Shown: positions 46,470 through 56,273 of the stretch, piece after piece
Numbering within the stretch: the stretch's first letter is position 1
Layout of the letters: each line of letters starts with the position of its first letter
Source: an uncultured Pseudomonadota bacterium
GTDB lineage: Bacteria; Pseudomonadota; Alphaproteobacteria; Rhizobiales; Xanthobacteraceae
Direction: 5' to 3'
NCBI GenBank assembly: GCA_963697535.1
Contig: OY969085.1
Location: 509,180 to 573,179, forward strand
DNA: 64,000 nucleotides
Position numbers and translations under genes: made by a program
Notes under the pieces: generated by a model
The model's database searches: none
Told to the model about the DNA's origin: nothing
What the model saw: the letters and a program-made list of their open reading frames with translations, nothing else

Positions 46470-47348
46470 TCAAAACGTCTCGTCCTCAATGGGGTTACGC
46501 AACGTCCCAATGCCCTCAATCTCCACCTCGCAGCTGTCGCCGGCCTTCATCCACACGGGCTCGGGTTTGCGCGCGTGGCCGACCCCGGAAGGGGTGCCCG
46601 TCAAGATAACGTCGCCGGGCTCCAACGTCATGCCCTTGGTCAGATAGACCAGCGTTTCGGGAAGCGGAAACATCATGTTCTTCGTATTATCCGACTGCAT
46701 GATTTTGCCGTTCAGGCGGCTTTCAATTTTGAGGCCGCCGGCCCCGCGTGGCAATTCGTCGGCGCTCACCATCCACGGGCCGAAGGCGCCGGTACGATCG
46801 AAATTCTTGCCCATGCCCCATTGCGTCGTGTGGCGCTGGAATTCGCGAACCGAACCTTCGTTCGCGACCGAATAACCGGCGATGCAATCCAGAGCATTAT
46901 CCTTTGTGAGATGTTTGGCGCGCTTGCCGACGATGGCGACCATTTCGGCCTCGTAGTCGAGCTGAATCAATTCGCGAGGCCGTATGATCGGCTCAAGATG
47001 TGGCACCATGGAGGTGAGCACACGGAAGAAAACGGATGGGAATTTCGGGATGTTGTCGCGCTGCGGACCTTCCTTGACGTGGTCAAGGTAATTGAGTCCA
47101 AGACAGATGATTTTGCCGGGATTGGCGACCGGCAGACCGAACTTCAATCCACTGAGCGGTTGGCGCGCAGACGCCGGCGCCTTTTTGGCCAGCTCGGCGA
47201 GCGGTGTAAGCTCGCCATGATTGGCGCGCAGCCAGGCGCCGAGATCGGCCGGCATAGTGGCGTCAACCGCCTGTAAATCGACGACACTGTCGCCTTCGAG
47301 CACGCCCAAGCGAGCGCCGCTATTGGTTTCAAATCCGACAATCTTCAT
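46470..47348 (-). CDS. Fumarylacetoacetate hydrolase (FAH) family protein (possible fumarylpyruvate hydrolase)
   Basis: The FAH C-terminal domain pattern 'KIICLGLNYLDHVKE...DYEAEMVAIVGK...GDVILTGTPSGVG' is present. Confidence 0.8.
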   Translation of the reverse strand: MKIVGFETNSGARLGVLEGDSVVDLQAVDATMPADLGAWLRANHGELTPLAELAKKAPASARQPLSGLKFGLPVANPGKIICLGLNYLDHVKEGPQRDNIPKFPSVFFRVLTSMVPHLEPIIRPRELIQLDYEAEMVAIVGKRAKHLTKDNALDCIAGYSVANEGSVREFQRHTTQWGMGKNFDRTGAFGPWMVSADELPRGAGGLKIESRLNGKIMQSDNTKNMMFPLPETLVYLTKGMTLEPGDVILTGTPSGVGHARKPEPVWMKAGDSCEVEIEGIGTLRNPIEDETF

Positions 47349-47433
47349 GAGTCCCGCCCCATTTAACAACGGTCATCCGGCCGCGACCGGTCGCAACCAT
47401 TAGGTTTAGCGCAAGCGAAGCCTCTGGAAAAGA

Positions 47434-48435
47434 TCAGCGGCTTGCTTTTGTTTTTGCCGGCTCATCGCCGAGCGTGAACGCTTGAATCGAAAAATAACCG
47501 CTCGCATCGGGCCAAACATCCGCCGGCAACCAGCCGGCGCCGCGCGCCAATGCCCGAAAAGATTCTGGACTGTATTTGTAGCTGTTCTCGGTATGAATGG
47601 TTTCGCCGGCGCGAAATTCGGTCGTCTCGCCCGCCACTTTTATTTTTTGCCGCCTGAGACTCGCCAGGTGCATTTCGACGCGATTGCGCTCGCGGTTGAA
47701 AAAAGCATGGTGCTCGAACGTATTCAAATCGAATGCCCCCCCCAGTTCACGATTGATGCGCGCAAGCAGATTTTTATTGAATTGCGCGGTGAACCCGGCG
47801 GCGTCATTGTAGGCGGAATTGAGCACCTCGGCCGGCTTGATCAGATCGATCCCGATGATGAGTTTGGCGTCGGCGCCGAGTATTTGGCCGATATTGCGCA
47901 AGAAAGCCGCCGCTTCATGCGGCTCGAAATTGCCGATGGTGGAGCCGGGGAAAAACCCGACGCGCAACGGCGCCGTTTGTACCCCAGCCGGCAATTCGAA
48001 CCACTTGCAGAAATCCGCAGTGACCGGCAAAACTTCAAGATCGGGAAAATCACCACGCAACTCGACAGCCTCTCGATCGAGCATTTCACCGCAGATGTCT
48101 ACGGGGACATAGGCCGAAAGCTTCGGCGCGGCGGCGAGCAGAAGACGCGCCTTCTTGTTGGAGCCGCTGCCGAACTCCACGACAGCGGCACCTTGAGGAA
48201 TGATTTTACCGATTTCGGCGGCCTTGTCTTGCAACAGCTGCATTTCGCAGCGCGTCAGGTAATATTCCGGCTGCTCGGTGATCCGCTCGAACAACCGCGA
48301 ACCGGCACCATCGTAGAAATACTTCGCCGGAATCCGTTTTGGCGTCGCGCTCAAGCCTTCGAGAACATCGCTCGCGAAAGCGGACACCTCACCGCCCAAC
48401 GATAGCGGACGGCGTGAACGGACAAGCGCTACCAT
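47434..48435 (-). CDS. egtD: L-histidine N-alpha-methyltransferase (ergothioneine pathway)
   Basis: 'FASDVLEGLSATPKRIPAKYFYDGAGSRLFERITEQPEYYLTRCE' is the EgtD signature. Confidence 0.85.
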   Translation of the reverse strand: MVALVRSRRPLSLGGEVSAFASDVLEGLSATPKRIPAKYFYDGAGSRLFERITEQPEYYLTRCEMQLLQDKAAEIGKIIPQGAAVVEFGSGSNKKARLLLAAAPKLSAYVPVDICGEMLDREAVELRGDFPDLEVLPVTADFCKWFELPAGVQTAPLRVGFFPGSTIGNFEPHEAAAFLRNIGQILGADAKLIIGIDLIKPAEVLNSAYNDAAGFTAQFNKNLLARINRELGGAFDLNTFEHHAFFNRERNRVEMHLASLRRQKIKVAGETTEFRAGETIHTENSYKYSPESFRALARGAGWLPADVWPDASGYFSIQAFTLGDEPAKTKASR

Positions 48436-48508
48436 AATGACCTCTCAATTTTTCTTCTGCCGCAGCGACCATTTCGAGCAGCGATAAGTCGCCTGCTCCT
48501 TTTTAATG

Positions 48509-49774
48509 TCAAACGAACTCGGCCAGGCGCAAGCCGGAAAATTGCCATCGCGCCGGCGGATAGAAAAAATTGCGATAACTCACACGCGCATGACCTTCCG
48601 GCGTGGCAAGAGAAGAGCCACGCAACACCATTTGGTTTACCATGAACTTGCCATTGTATTCGCCGATCGCCCCCTCGGCCGCGCGGTAGCCCGGATAGGG
48701 CAGATACGCGCTGCGCGTCCATTGCCACACCAAACCGAATGCATCGGCCAGGAGACCCTCGCGCGCCGCGACCTCCCATTCAGCCTCGCTCGGCAAATGC
48801 TTGCCGGCAAAACGCGCAAAGGCGTCGGCTTCGTAATAGCTGATATGCATGACGGCAGCCGCCGGATCAACCGGTCTCAAACCGCCCAGAGTCATCACAT
48901 GCCAAGCGCCGTATTTCTCGCGCCAATGGCCCGGCGCTTGCCAGTCTTCCGCCTGCACGGCTGCCCAGCCATCCGACAACCAAAGCGAGGGGGTCGCGTA
49001 ACCCCCGGCATCGATGAAAGCGAGCCAATCGGCATTCGTAACAAGATGCCGCGCGATGCGCATTGGGGGAACGAGAACCTCATGGCGCGGAATTTCGTTG
49101 TCGTAACAAAATCCACGGCCGTCATGGCCGATCATGTGAATGCCTGCGGACACGTTCACAAGTTCAGCCATTCCCTGCGGCGAAGGCGGCGGCTGCCAGT
49201 TCGGATCATAGGCGGGATCGGTTGGATTCTGCGCAAAGGCGTGCAGAATATCAGTGAGCAGTAATTCCTGATGCTGCTGTTCGTGATGCAATCCGATTTC
49301 CAAAATAGCGAAGACGCGGGATGCCGCGGCTTGCGGCACGTTCTCGATCAATCGGTCAACCGCGGTGTCGACATAGTCGCGATAATTTGTCACCTCTTCG
49401 CTGTTCGGCCGTGTGATCAAGCCGCGCTGCGGACGAGCGTGCCGCGGACCGGCGCCGACATAATACGAATTGAACAAATAGGAAAAACGCTCGTCAAAAA
49501 TCTTGTAATGCGGATCGTGGGGGGCCAACAAAAATTGTTCGAAGAACCAGGTGACATGCGCGCGATGCCATTTGGCCGGACTGGCATCGGCCATCGACTG
49601 AACGGTCTGGTCTTCCGCCGACAAATACGCTGCGCGGCGTTCTGTTTCGGCGCGCACGCCGTGGAACGCGTTGCGCCATTTCGTCCGTAGGTCATCAACG
49701 CTCGGCGCTTGCGCGGCATGCGCCGAAGCCGGATCGGCATCTCGTGGAGATGGCGAGATTGCAAGACGCGCCAT
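48509..49774 (-). CDS. egtB: Hercynine oxygenase / sulfoxide synthase (DinB_2 + FGE-sulfatase domains)
   Basis: 'HVTWFFEQFLL', 'LEIGLHHEQQHQELLLTDI' and the C-terminal 'GQVWQWT-like VWQWTRSAYLPYPGY' are present. The start was chosen at the Met with an upstream GGAGG. Confidence 0.85.
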   Translation of the reverse strand: MARLAISPSPRDADPASAHAAQAPSVDDLRTKWRNAFHGVRAETERRAAYLSAEDQTVQSMADASPAKWHRAHVTWFFEQFLLAPHDPHYKIFDERFSYLFNSYYVGAGPRHARPQRGLITRPNSEEVTNYRDYVDTAVDRLIENVPQAAASRVFAILEIGLHHEQQHQELLLTDILHAFAQNPTDPAYDPNWQPPPSPQGMAELVNVSAGIHMIGHDGRGFCYDNEIPRHEVLVPPMRIARHLVTNADWLAFIDAGGYATPSLWLSDGWAAVQAEDWQAPGHWREKYGAWHVMTLGGLRPVDPAAAVMHISYYEADAFARFAGKHLPSEAEWEVAAREGLLADAFGLVWQWTRSAYLPYPGYRAAEGAIGEYNGKFMVNQMVLRGSSLATPEGHARVSYRNFFYPPARWQFSGLRLAEFV

Positions 49775-49985
49775 TTTTCTTGCCTCCATAACCCGGTGTC
49801 GAACGGATTTCGCAGCCGCTCTCTCGGTTAAACAAGAGCGATGAACGCAATTGTTCCATCCCTGGCTCGCCAGGGCAACCTTGAATTCCCACCCTGTCAA
49901 AAACTGACAGGAAAGGAATGGACGCGCCAACGGCCTCTTGACACGCAATACGATCGAAGCGATCGAGCTTGACGCGACGGTACCG

Positions 49986-50987
49986 TCAACGCCCCAGATA
50001 GCCGGCCCGGCGAAACCAGTCGATGGCGTCTTTTATGCCCTCGGAATAAGGACGCGCGCGAAAGCCCAGTTCGCGTTCGGCTTTCGCTGCGGTGAAGAAC
50101 ATGCGGTTCTTCGACATGCGCAGACCGTCGCGCGTAATCATCGGCTCGCGGCCCGTATAATGCGCCAAATATTCGGCCATGACCGCCAAAGGCATCACGG
50201 CAGCGCGCGGGACTTTTATCCGAGGAGGGCGTCGTCCAACCTGTTGGGCGACCGTCTTTAGAATCTCGGCAAGAGTCGCATTCTGTCCGCCGAGGATGTA
50301 GCGCTCGCCGATGCGGCCGCAATCGAAGGCCAGGAGATGACCTTCCGCGACATCGTCCACGTGCACCATATTAAGACCAGTGTCGACAAAGGCGGGCATA
50401 CGGCCGGCGGCCGCCTCGAGAATAAGGCGCCCGGTCGGTGTCGGCCGCACATCGTAAGCACCGATCGGCGTGGATGGATTAACGATAACCGCAGGCAAAC
50501 CTTCGTGCACCATAGCTTCGAGCGCACGTTCGGCGGCGACTTTGCTTTGCTTGTAAGCGCCGATAGCGTGGTCTTTTTCGAGCGGCATGGTTTCGTCGCC
50601 GGGCGGGCCGCTTGGCCGGCAGACCAAGGTGGCGACACTGCTGGTGTAGACAATGCGTTCGACGTTCGCGCGGCGGGCTTCTTCCATCAACAATCGTGTA
50701 CTGAGGACGTTATTGTTTATGATCTCGGCGGGTTCGCGCGCCCACAACCGATAATCCGCGGCCACATGAAAAAGCCAACGTATTCCATTCATTGCCCGTT
50801 TTACTGAGTCCGCGTCGCGCAGATCACCCACGACAAAATCCAAATCGAGGCCGGCTAGATGGGCCGTCGGGCTTGTGGGCCGAATCAGCGCCCGCACTGA
50901 AAAGCCGCGCTCCACCAGTTTTCGTGCCACGGCCGAGCCGACAAACCCGCTCGCGCCGGTGATCAAGACCTTGCCGCTATCGGACAT
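49986..50987 (-). CDS. hpnA: NAD-dependent epimerase/dehydratase, hopanoid-associated sugar epimerase-like
   Basis: 'VLITGASGFVGSAVARKLVERGFSVRALIRPTS' and 'YKQSK' are present. The hpnA assignment rests on resemblance and the neighbouring phosphorylase-family gene. Confidence 0.6.
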   Translation of the reverse strand: MSDSGKVLITGASGFVGSAVARKLVERGFSVRALIRPTSPTAHLAGLDLDFVVGDLRDADSVKRAMNGIRWLFHVAADYRLWAREPAEIINNNVLSTRLLMEEARRANVERIVYTSSVATLVCRPSGPPGDETMPLEKDHAIGAYKQSKVAAERALEAMVHEGLPAVIVNPSTPIGAYDVRPTPTGRLILEAAAGRMPAFVDTGLNMVHVDDVAEGHLLAFDCGRIGERYILGGQNATLAEILKTVAQQVGRRPPRIKVPRAAVMPLAVMAEYLAHYTGREPMITRDGLRMSKNRMFFTAAKAERELGFRARPYSEGIKDAIDWFRRAGYLGR

Positions 50988-51125
50988 TTGTGTAACCTCC
51001 GTTGCATCGGAATCTATGGATGATCGCTTGTCCGGTTATGCGATTTCTGTGGCCCACCCTGTTGACGGATGTTAGGTACGTTGTTTTCACACAGTGACGC
51101 ACCGTCGCCTTACACCACCTCGCCA

Positions 51126-51845
51126 ATGAGCAGTCAAAATTCCTTTATCCTCGTGGTTGCCGGCCTCCTCTTCGAGGCGCGCATCGCCCGGCGCAATGGG
51201 ACAGCCCGTGTTTGCTGCGGTCGCGGCCCCGAAATGGCCGCAGCCCTTGGCGCGGCCCTTGGCGCGGCGATTGGGCCCCGATGCAGCGGCATCCTGAGTT
51301 TTGGCATTGCCGGTGGCCTCGACCCAGCCTTGCGTCCCGGCGCGCAACTCGTCGCCTCCTGCGTGGTCACAACAAAGGGAACCACGGCCACCGATGCAAT
51401 CTGGTCCGGATCTTTATTGCGCTCGCACCCGCGTGCAATCCATGCGCCCATTCTCAGCACCCCCGAGGCCGTTGCCGATCCCGCCGACAAGAATGAACAC
51501 TTCCGGCGCACAGGCGCGGTCGCGGTCGATATGGAATCACACATTGCGGCAGAAGTCGCGGTCGAGCTCGGCTTGCCTTTCGCCGTATTGCGCGTCGTGG
51601 CCGATCCCGCCACGCGACGCGTACCGCAAGCGGCCTTAAGCGGCTTGCTCCCCAACGGCCGCACTAATGTGCCGGCGGTGCTGCGAGCGCTGTTACGCCG
51701 GCCCGCCGAAATCGTGGATCTGTTTCATGTCGCGCGCGACGCGTGGACGGCGCGCCTTGCGCTTCTGGAATCTCCACACCAGCTTGGCCATGAATTCGAC
51801 GTAGCTTCAGAGCTCTTACTGCCGTTGAGCCCGGCCACCACATAA
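51126..51845 (+). CDS. PNP/UDP-phosphorylase family protein (hopanoid-associated phosphorylase HpnG-like)
   Basis: 'ILSFGIAGGLDPAL', 'AVDMESHIAAE' and 'LRVVADPA' are present. Confidence 0.6.
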   Translation: MSSQNSFILVVAGLLFEARIARRNGTARVCCGRGPEMAAALGAALGAAIGPRCSGILSFGIAGGLDPALRPGAQLVASCVVTTKGTTATDAIWSGSLLRSHPRAIHAPILSTPEAVADPADKNEHFRRTGAVAVDMESHIAAEVAVELGLPFAVLRVVADPATRRVPQAALSGLLPNGRTNVPAVLRALLRRPAEIVDLFHVARDAWTARLALLESPHQLGHEFDVASELLLPLSPATT

Positions 51846-51880
51846 AAACGACCGATGCAATAAGACGGCGGCTTTGCGGC

Positions 51881-52228
51881 CTATTTGGCTCTTTTGCACG
51901 GGTCACGCGCGCTGGGATCGCCGATTTCGAATTCGATCAAGTTCTTGCCGTTCGTCATCGCCGCAGCCAGCCATCGCGGTAGCCGCCCACGACCAGCCCA
52001 CGTCTCCTGGGGGTTTTCGGGATTTCTATATTTCGCGGGTATTTTGCGCCCTTTGAGTTGACTCACACGGCCCAATTGACGACGAGGAGAGTCGCTTCCG
52101 GCCTCGGCCAATTTTACGTCGGCCAAGCGCGCCAAACGTGATTCCAGCTCGCGCCGCTCGAGCTGCACCCGGTCGAATAGCATTTTCGTAACTTGATCTC
52201 GCAAATCCAAGAGGTCATCTACCGACAT
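51881..52228 (-). CDS. H-NS-family nucleoid-associated protein
   Basis: The C-terminus 'PAKYRNPENPQETWAGRGRLPRWL' is an H-NS DNA-binding motif. The N-terminus is coiled-coil-like. An alternative start lies at 52381. Confidence 0.75.
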   Translation of the reverse strand: MSVDDLLDLRDQVTKMLFDRVQLERRELESRLARLADVKLAEAGSDSPRRQLGRVSQLKGRKIPAKYRNPENPQETWAGRGRLPRWLAAAMTNGKNLIEFEIGDPSARDPCKRAK

Positions 52229-52795
52229 TTTTTGCAGTTCTAATTTGAACGGATCCAAACTGCGCAACGTATTCCGACATTCCGGCACATCCGCAGCATC
52301 GTGAAATTCAGACGCTTGAGCTCCTTGGAACCCGGACCTCGTTTGCTGTAGGTCAGTTTGCTGTAGGTCAAATGTACGCATCACTGATGTTTTCCTATAT
52401 CGATGACGTTTTCGCACGGACGATTTTCGGAATCGAATGACGCAACAATGTGGCAATAATATTTTTGATTTGTGCCCGCGACACCAGAACGCACGAATAT
52501 TCCATCATTCAAAACCTGCGGTTGGCTTGGGAGACTCCTCAAATATGTTTGCGCGATTTTTCTGTTCCCATTTTTTATGCTCGAAGGACTTTATGCTCGA
52601 ACGGCTTTATGCTCGCGACTTGGAGCCGAAAACTTTGCGCGAAAAAATTATCCACATAATCGTCTCGCTTAGAGCCAAAAATGCGAATATTTTTTAAGGC
52701 GCAATCATACAAAGAATGCGCTCAACCTGCCGCAAACGATCCCACAGGTACACGCTTGATTTAAGCCGGCCGTCCACTCGGACTTATATTTGCTT

Positions 52796-53155
52796 TCAGT
52801 CTTTTGCCGGTAGCTCGTCGGAACCGGCGTTTGTCGCGCGATGTTGAAAGACAAACATGCGAATGGCGGAAGAAAGATTGCAATGTTCTCGTTGGGCATC
52901 GATCTGCGAAACCAATTGCGAGAGATGAATGTTCGATTTTTTCGCAATGGCCCGAAGCTCGTTCCAAAATACATCTTCGAGACTGATACTCGTCCGATGA
53001 CGTCCGATCAGAACCGATCTTTTCAACACGGGCGAGCGAAGATAGCCGCTGTCGCCGCGACCGCGATTATTGCGGCGGCCAAGACCGCCTTTCCAGCGCG
53101 TATCATTTATTTCGGCTGGATCATTTATCGGTTTTTCCAAATGCTCCATTGCCAT
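52796..53155 (-). CDS. Ribbon-helix-helix (RHH_4-type) domain protein
   Basis: 'GRHRTSISLEDVFWNELRAIAKKSNIHLSQLVSQIDAQREHCNLSSAIRMFV' is present. Confidence 0.7.
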   Translation of the reverse strand: MAMEHLEKPINDPAEINDTRWKGGLGRRNNRGRGDSGYLRSPVLKRSVLIGRHRTSISLEDVFWNELRAIAKKSNIHLSQLVSQIDAQREHCNLSSAIRMFVFQHRATNAGSDELPAKD

Positions 53156-53644
53156 GACAGCACCATAATATTTAGGGTACGGAACGCTAACAGTTCTTCT
53201 TTTGTCGCTGAGGTAAAACTATACAAAATTTGGTTTTGCTTAATTTCACGACTTGCATTGCGCTCATTTCAACAAACAAATTCAATCGGTGCGCTGCACG
53301 ACGGCATCTGTGCGGAAAAAAATTCCCGCAAAATGGCGTCTCAACAAAGAGACTTCGTCATCGTTGATGTCGGCGGATCGGCATAGATTCGCGAAAATTA
53401 AAACGACAAAACAGAACCGGCGCGCCGATCGAATTGTTGGATCGACTTGCAGGGGATTTTTTTCGATGAGACTCGGCGCCGACGCCGGAGTGCGGACGAA
53501 GAGTCCTGATCCGGCGTTTTTCACGCCCAAGCATTTGGTCGCGCGTCGCCGTTTCTTAAGGGCGGGACGGACATTTGCGGCCGCACGAACCTTTAAGCCG
53601 GGCCGACGGCAACGTCATAGATGCAAATTCGTATTTCGGAAATT

Positions 53645-53721
53645 TGGTAGCGGGGGAGGGATTCGAACCCCCGACCTCCGGATTATGATTCCGCTGCTCT
53701 AACCAACTGAGCTACCCCGCC
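53645..53721 (-). tRNA. tRNA-Met (anticodon CAT), elongator-like
   Basis: The minus strand reads GGCGGGGTAGCTCAGTTGGTTAGAGCAGCGGAATCATAATCCGGAGGTCGGGGGTTCGAATCCCTCCCCCGCTACCA. It folds as a cloverleaf with a CAT anticodon loop and an encoded CCA. It lacks the initiator-type GGG/CCC anticodon stem. Confidence 0.9.
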
Positions 53722-54119
53722 ACTGCGCATGCATGGCTATGGCGGCGATATAGGAACCAGGGCTGAACCCTGTCAAGCAAGCAGTGCGCGGAGTGTCAGT
53801 AGCACACGATTTGTCCGGATTAGGTAGCACGTGAGTTGTCCGGTTCATTGTCCCCGCTCTTTACAGGGCACGAAACCGGACACCTCGTGTGCTGCAGACC
53901 GGCCTTGTGGATTTGTGACGGCCTTCGTCCCGCGCCCGGCCACAAGCTCCACAAGCCAACCGCAGAAACAAACAGAAGCGGACATATATAAACAGAAGCG
54001 GACATATGATGTGGTATCAAAACCGGACAACTGCAAAAGCTACCGACGAAGAGTGCGCGGGGCCGCGCGCTCGTTTTCATGTGGGCAATCATCGGGTGCA
54101 GCGACGGGCGAGTTCCGCT

Positions 54120-54794
54120 TCAAGCGCTGCGTCGTATGCCCTCGCCAATGCGTCTAAATCTGGTGACGGTGAAATTGCCGAAGGGCGGCAGTGGCCGGCG
54201 CTCGACCAGCCGCAGATCGCGGTGACGTTGCGCCCATGCGGCCAGACGAGCGAAACGGAATTCGGACCGCCAGCCCAGCTTCCGCACCGCCGGCGCGACA
54301 CACCGTTCCAAGAAGTGCCGCGGGCCGCTTTCCGCCGCAAAATGATTGACCAAGATGATGCCGCCGCCCGGTTTAAGCACCCGCACAAATTCGTCCAGCG
54401 CTTGCTCGGGTTCAGGCAATGCCGTAACGACAAATTGCGCGACAACGACGTCAAAACTGGCATCCGAAAGAGCCAGCCGCGCCGCATCCATCACCGCAAG
54501 CGTTTCCACATGAGCGAGCTTGTGTTCGATGACGCGCTTGGCCGCCTGCCGCAACATCGGCTCGCACAGATCGACACCGACGATACGATTGGCGCGCGAA
54601 TAAATGGGCAAGGATAGACCGGTGCCGACGCCCACTTCGAGAATACGGCCGCCTTTATTGCCGCATATTTGCTCGGCCGCCGCAATCGCTTCACGGCGGC
54701 CCAACGCGAATACAGGCCCAAAGACGAGATCGTAGATCGGCGCCCAGCGTGCATAGGCCCGCTCGACGCCCCAATTGTCGAGGTCCTTCTCCAC
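54120..54794 (-). CDS. Class I SAM-dependent methyltransferase (PmtA-like; possible phospholipid N-methyltransferase)
   Basis: 'YARWAPIYDLVFGPVF', 'ILEVGVGTGLSL' and 'LKPGGGIILVNH' are present. Confidence 0.65.
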   Translation of the reverse strand: MEKDLDNWGVERAYARWAPIYDLVFGPVFALGRREAIAAAEQICGNKGGRILEVGVGTGLSLPIYSRANRIVGVDLCEPMLRQAAKRVIEHKLAHVETLAVMDAARLALSDASFDVVVAQFVVTALPEPEQALDEFVRVLKPGGGIILVNHFAAESGPRHFLERCVAPAVRKLGWRSEFRFARLAAWAQRHRDLRLVERRPLPPFGNFTVTRFRRIGEGIRRSA

Positions 54795-54800
54795 AACGGA

Positions 54801-55991
54801 TCATCCACCCATGGCGATCGGCGTTTTTTGATGAATCGCGCCTTCGCTGTCGATCGCCGCCGTGGCGCGGGCAATGAAACCGCCGCCAAGAACTCGCGCC
54901 TGCCCCGCCGCGGCATCATAAAACACGCAAGCCTGGCCGGGCGACACGCCGTGCTCGCCATCCGCGAGCTCAACTTCGTAACCACCATTTGCGGCCCGCA
55001 GCCAAGCGGGCTGAGGCGGCCGCGCCGAGCGAACTTTCACGAAGACTTCAATGCGGTCGTCGGCCTGCAGTTCATCGAGGCTGCCATCGCCGATCCAATT
55101 GACATCGCGCAGCACGATGCGGCTCATCCGCAAAACCTCGCGCGGACCCACAACCACCCGACGCTCTCGCGCGTCAAGCCGCACGACGTAAAGCGGAGCG
55201 CCCGTGGCAAGCCCCAGACCGCGGCGCTGACCCACCGTAAAATGAATGATGCCGTTGTGATGACCAAGGACGCGGCCCTCGATATCGACGATTTCTCCGC
55301 CCTCGGCCGCGCCAGGCTTCAAGCGTTCGATCACGTCGGCATAATGACCCGATGGCACAAAACAGATGTCTTGGCTGTCATGCTTGTCGGCAACGGCCAA
55401 ACCAAATTGCCGCGCCAATTGGCGCGTCTCGGCTTTGCCGCGATCGCCAAGGGGAAAGCGCAAAATCTCAAGCTGCTCGCGTGTCGTGCCAAACAGAAAA
55501 TAGCTTTGGTCGCGTTCTTCCTCACGCGCGCGGTAAAGCGCGCGGCTCCCGCCGGGCAATGCGCGCGAAGCGACGTAATGGCCGGTCGCCAAAATGTCCG
55601 CGCCGAGCTCGCGCGCGGTGATCAACAGATCGTGGAACTTGATCGATATGTTGCAGTCGACGCAAGGAACCGGCGTTTCGCCTTCGATGTAGCTTTGGGC
55701 AAAACGATCCATAACCGCTTCCTTGAAGCGGCTTTCATAGTCGAGAACGTAATGCGGAATGCCGATGCGCTCGGCGACCGCCCGCGCATCGTAAATATCC
55801 TGCCCCGCGCAGCAGGCGCCCTTGCGGCGAACGGCGGCGCCATGATCATAAAGCTGCAAGGTGACGCCGATGACATCGTATCCTTCGGCCTTGAGCAAGG
55901 CGGCGGTCACCGATGAATCGACGCCCCCCGACATCGCGACGACGACGCGGGTCTCCTCGGGCCGGCCCTGACTATCGAGTGCGTGTGGCAT
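54801..55991 (-). CDS. mnmA: tRNA 2-thiouridine(34) synthase
   Basis: '[34 protein letters not shown]' (PP-loop) and '[23 protein letters not shown]' are present. Confidence 0.95.
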   Translation of the reverse strand: MPHALDSQGRPEETRVVVAMSGGVDSSVTAALLKAEGYDVIGVTLQLYDHGAAVRRKGACCAGQDIYDARAVAERIGIPHYVLDYESRFKEAVMDRFAQSYIEGETPVPCVDCNISIKFHDLLITARELGADILATGHYVASRALPGGSRALYRAREEERDQSYFLFGTTREQLEILRFPLGDRGKAETRQLARQFGLAVADKHDSQDICFVPSGHYADVIERLKPGAAEGGEIVDIEGRVLGHHNGIIHFTVGQRRGLGLATGAPLYVVRLDARERRVVVGPREVLRMSRIVLRDVNWIGDGSLDELQADDRIEVFVKVRSARPPQPAWLRAANGGYEVELADGEHGVSPGQACVFYDAAAGQARVLGGGFIARATAAIDSEGAIHQKTPIAMGG

Positions 55992-56215
55992 AACGGGTTC
56001 AGGTATAAATAGTGACTGCGGGAGGCAATGAAACGGGCGGGCCGTAAAACAGAACGAGCCGGTTCCCGCGGGTCTTATTCCCCTCTTAGCATGATCCGTT
56101 CAAATCGAACTCAACAAGAACGGATCGTGCTCCAGTATAATCATAACCGAAAAATTAACACGAGCGGCCGTATTTTTCCTGTTCCGGGGCGGCTTACGAC
56201 GAATTTTGACACAGT

Positions 56216-56230
56216 TTAGGCAAATTTTAA
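56216..56230. promoter_or_regulatory. Near-consensus CtrA box (TTAG-N7-TTAA) upstream of sciP
   Basis: 'ttaggcaaattttaa' lies 44 bp before the sciP start. It has one mismatch to TTAA-N7-TTAA. Confidence 0.35.
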
Positions 56231-56273
56231 GGCGTGGCCGGTAATTTCACTTCAAGTTGTTTGTCGCGTATTT

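Noticed and set aside
47482-49264. Plus-strand ORFs of 307 and 252 aa.
   Set aside because: They are antisense to egtD and egtB.
51881-53721. A bona fide integrated genomic island at tRNA-Met.
   Set aside because: I found no integrase gene and no direct repeat of the tRNA 3' end. Only the compositional and contextual hint is retained, as a low-confidence finding.
53645-53721. The tRNA with a CAT anticodon as the initiator tRNA-fMet.
   Set aside because: The anticodon stem lacks the three consecutive G-C pairs, and the 1-72 position is not the C-A mismatch typical of bacterial initiators. A lysidine-modified tRNA-Ile2 cannot be excluded from the sequence alone.
54669-55916. A 415-aa plus-strand ORF.
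   Set aside because: It is antisense to mnmA (PP-loop motif on the minus strand), and its composition is Arg/Ala-rich as in shadow ORFs.
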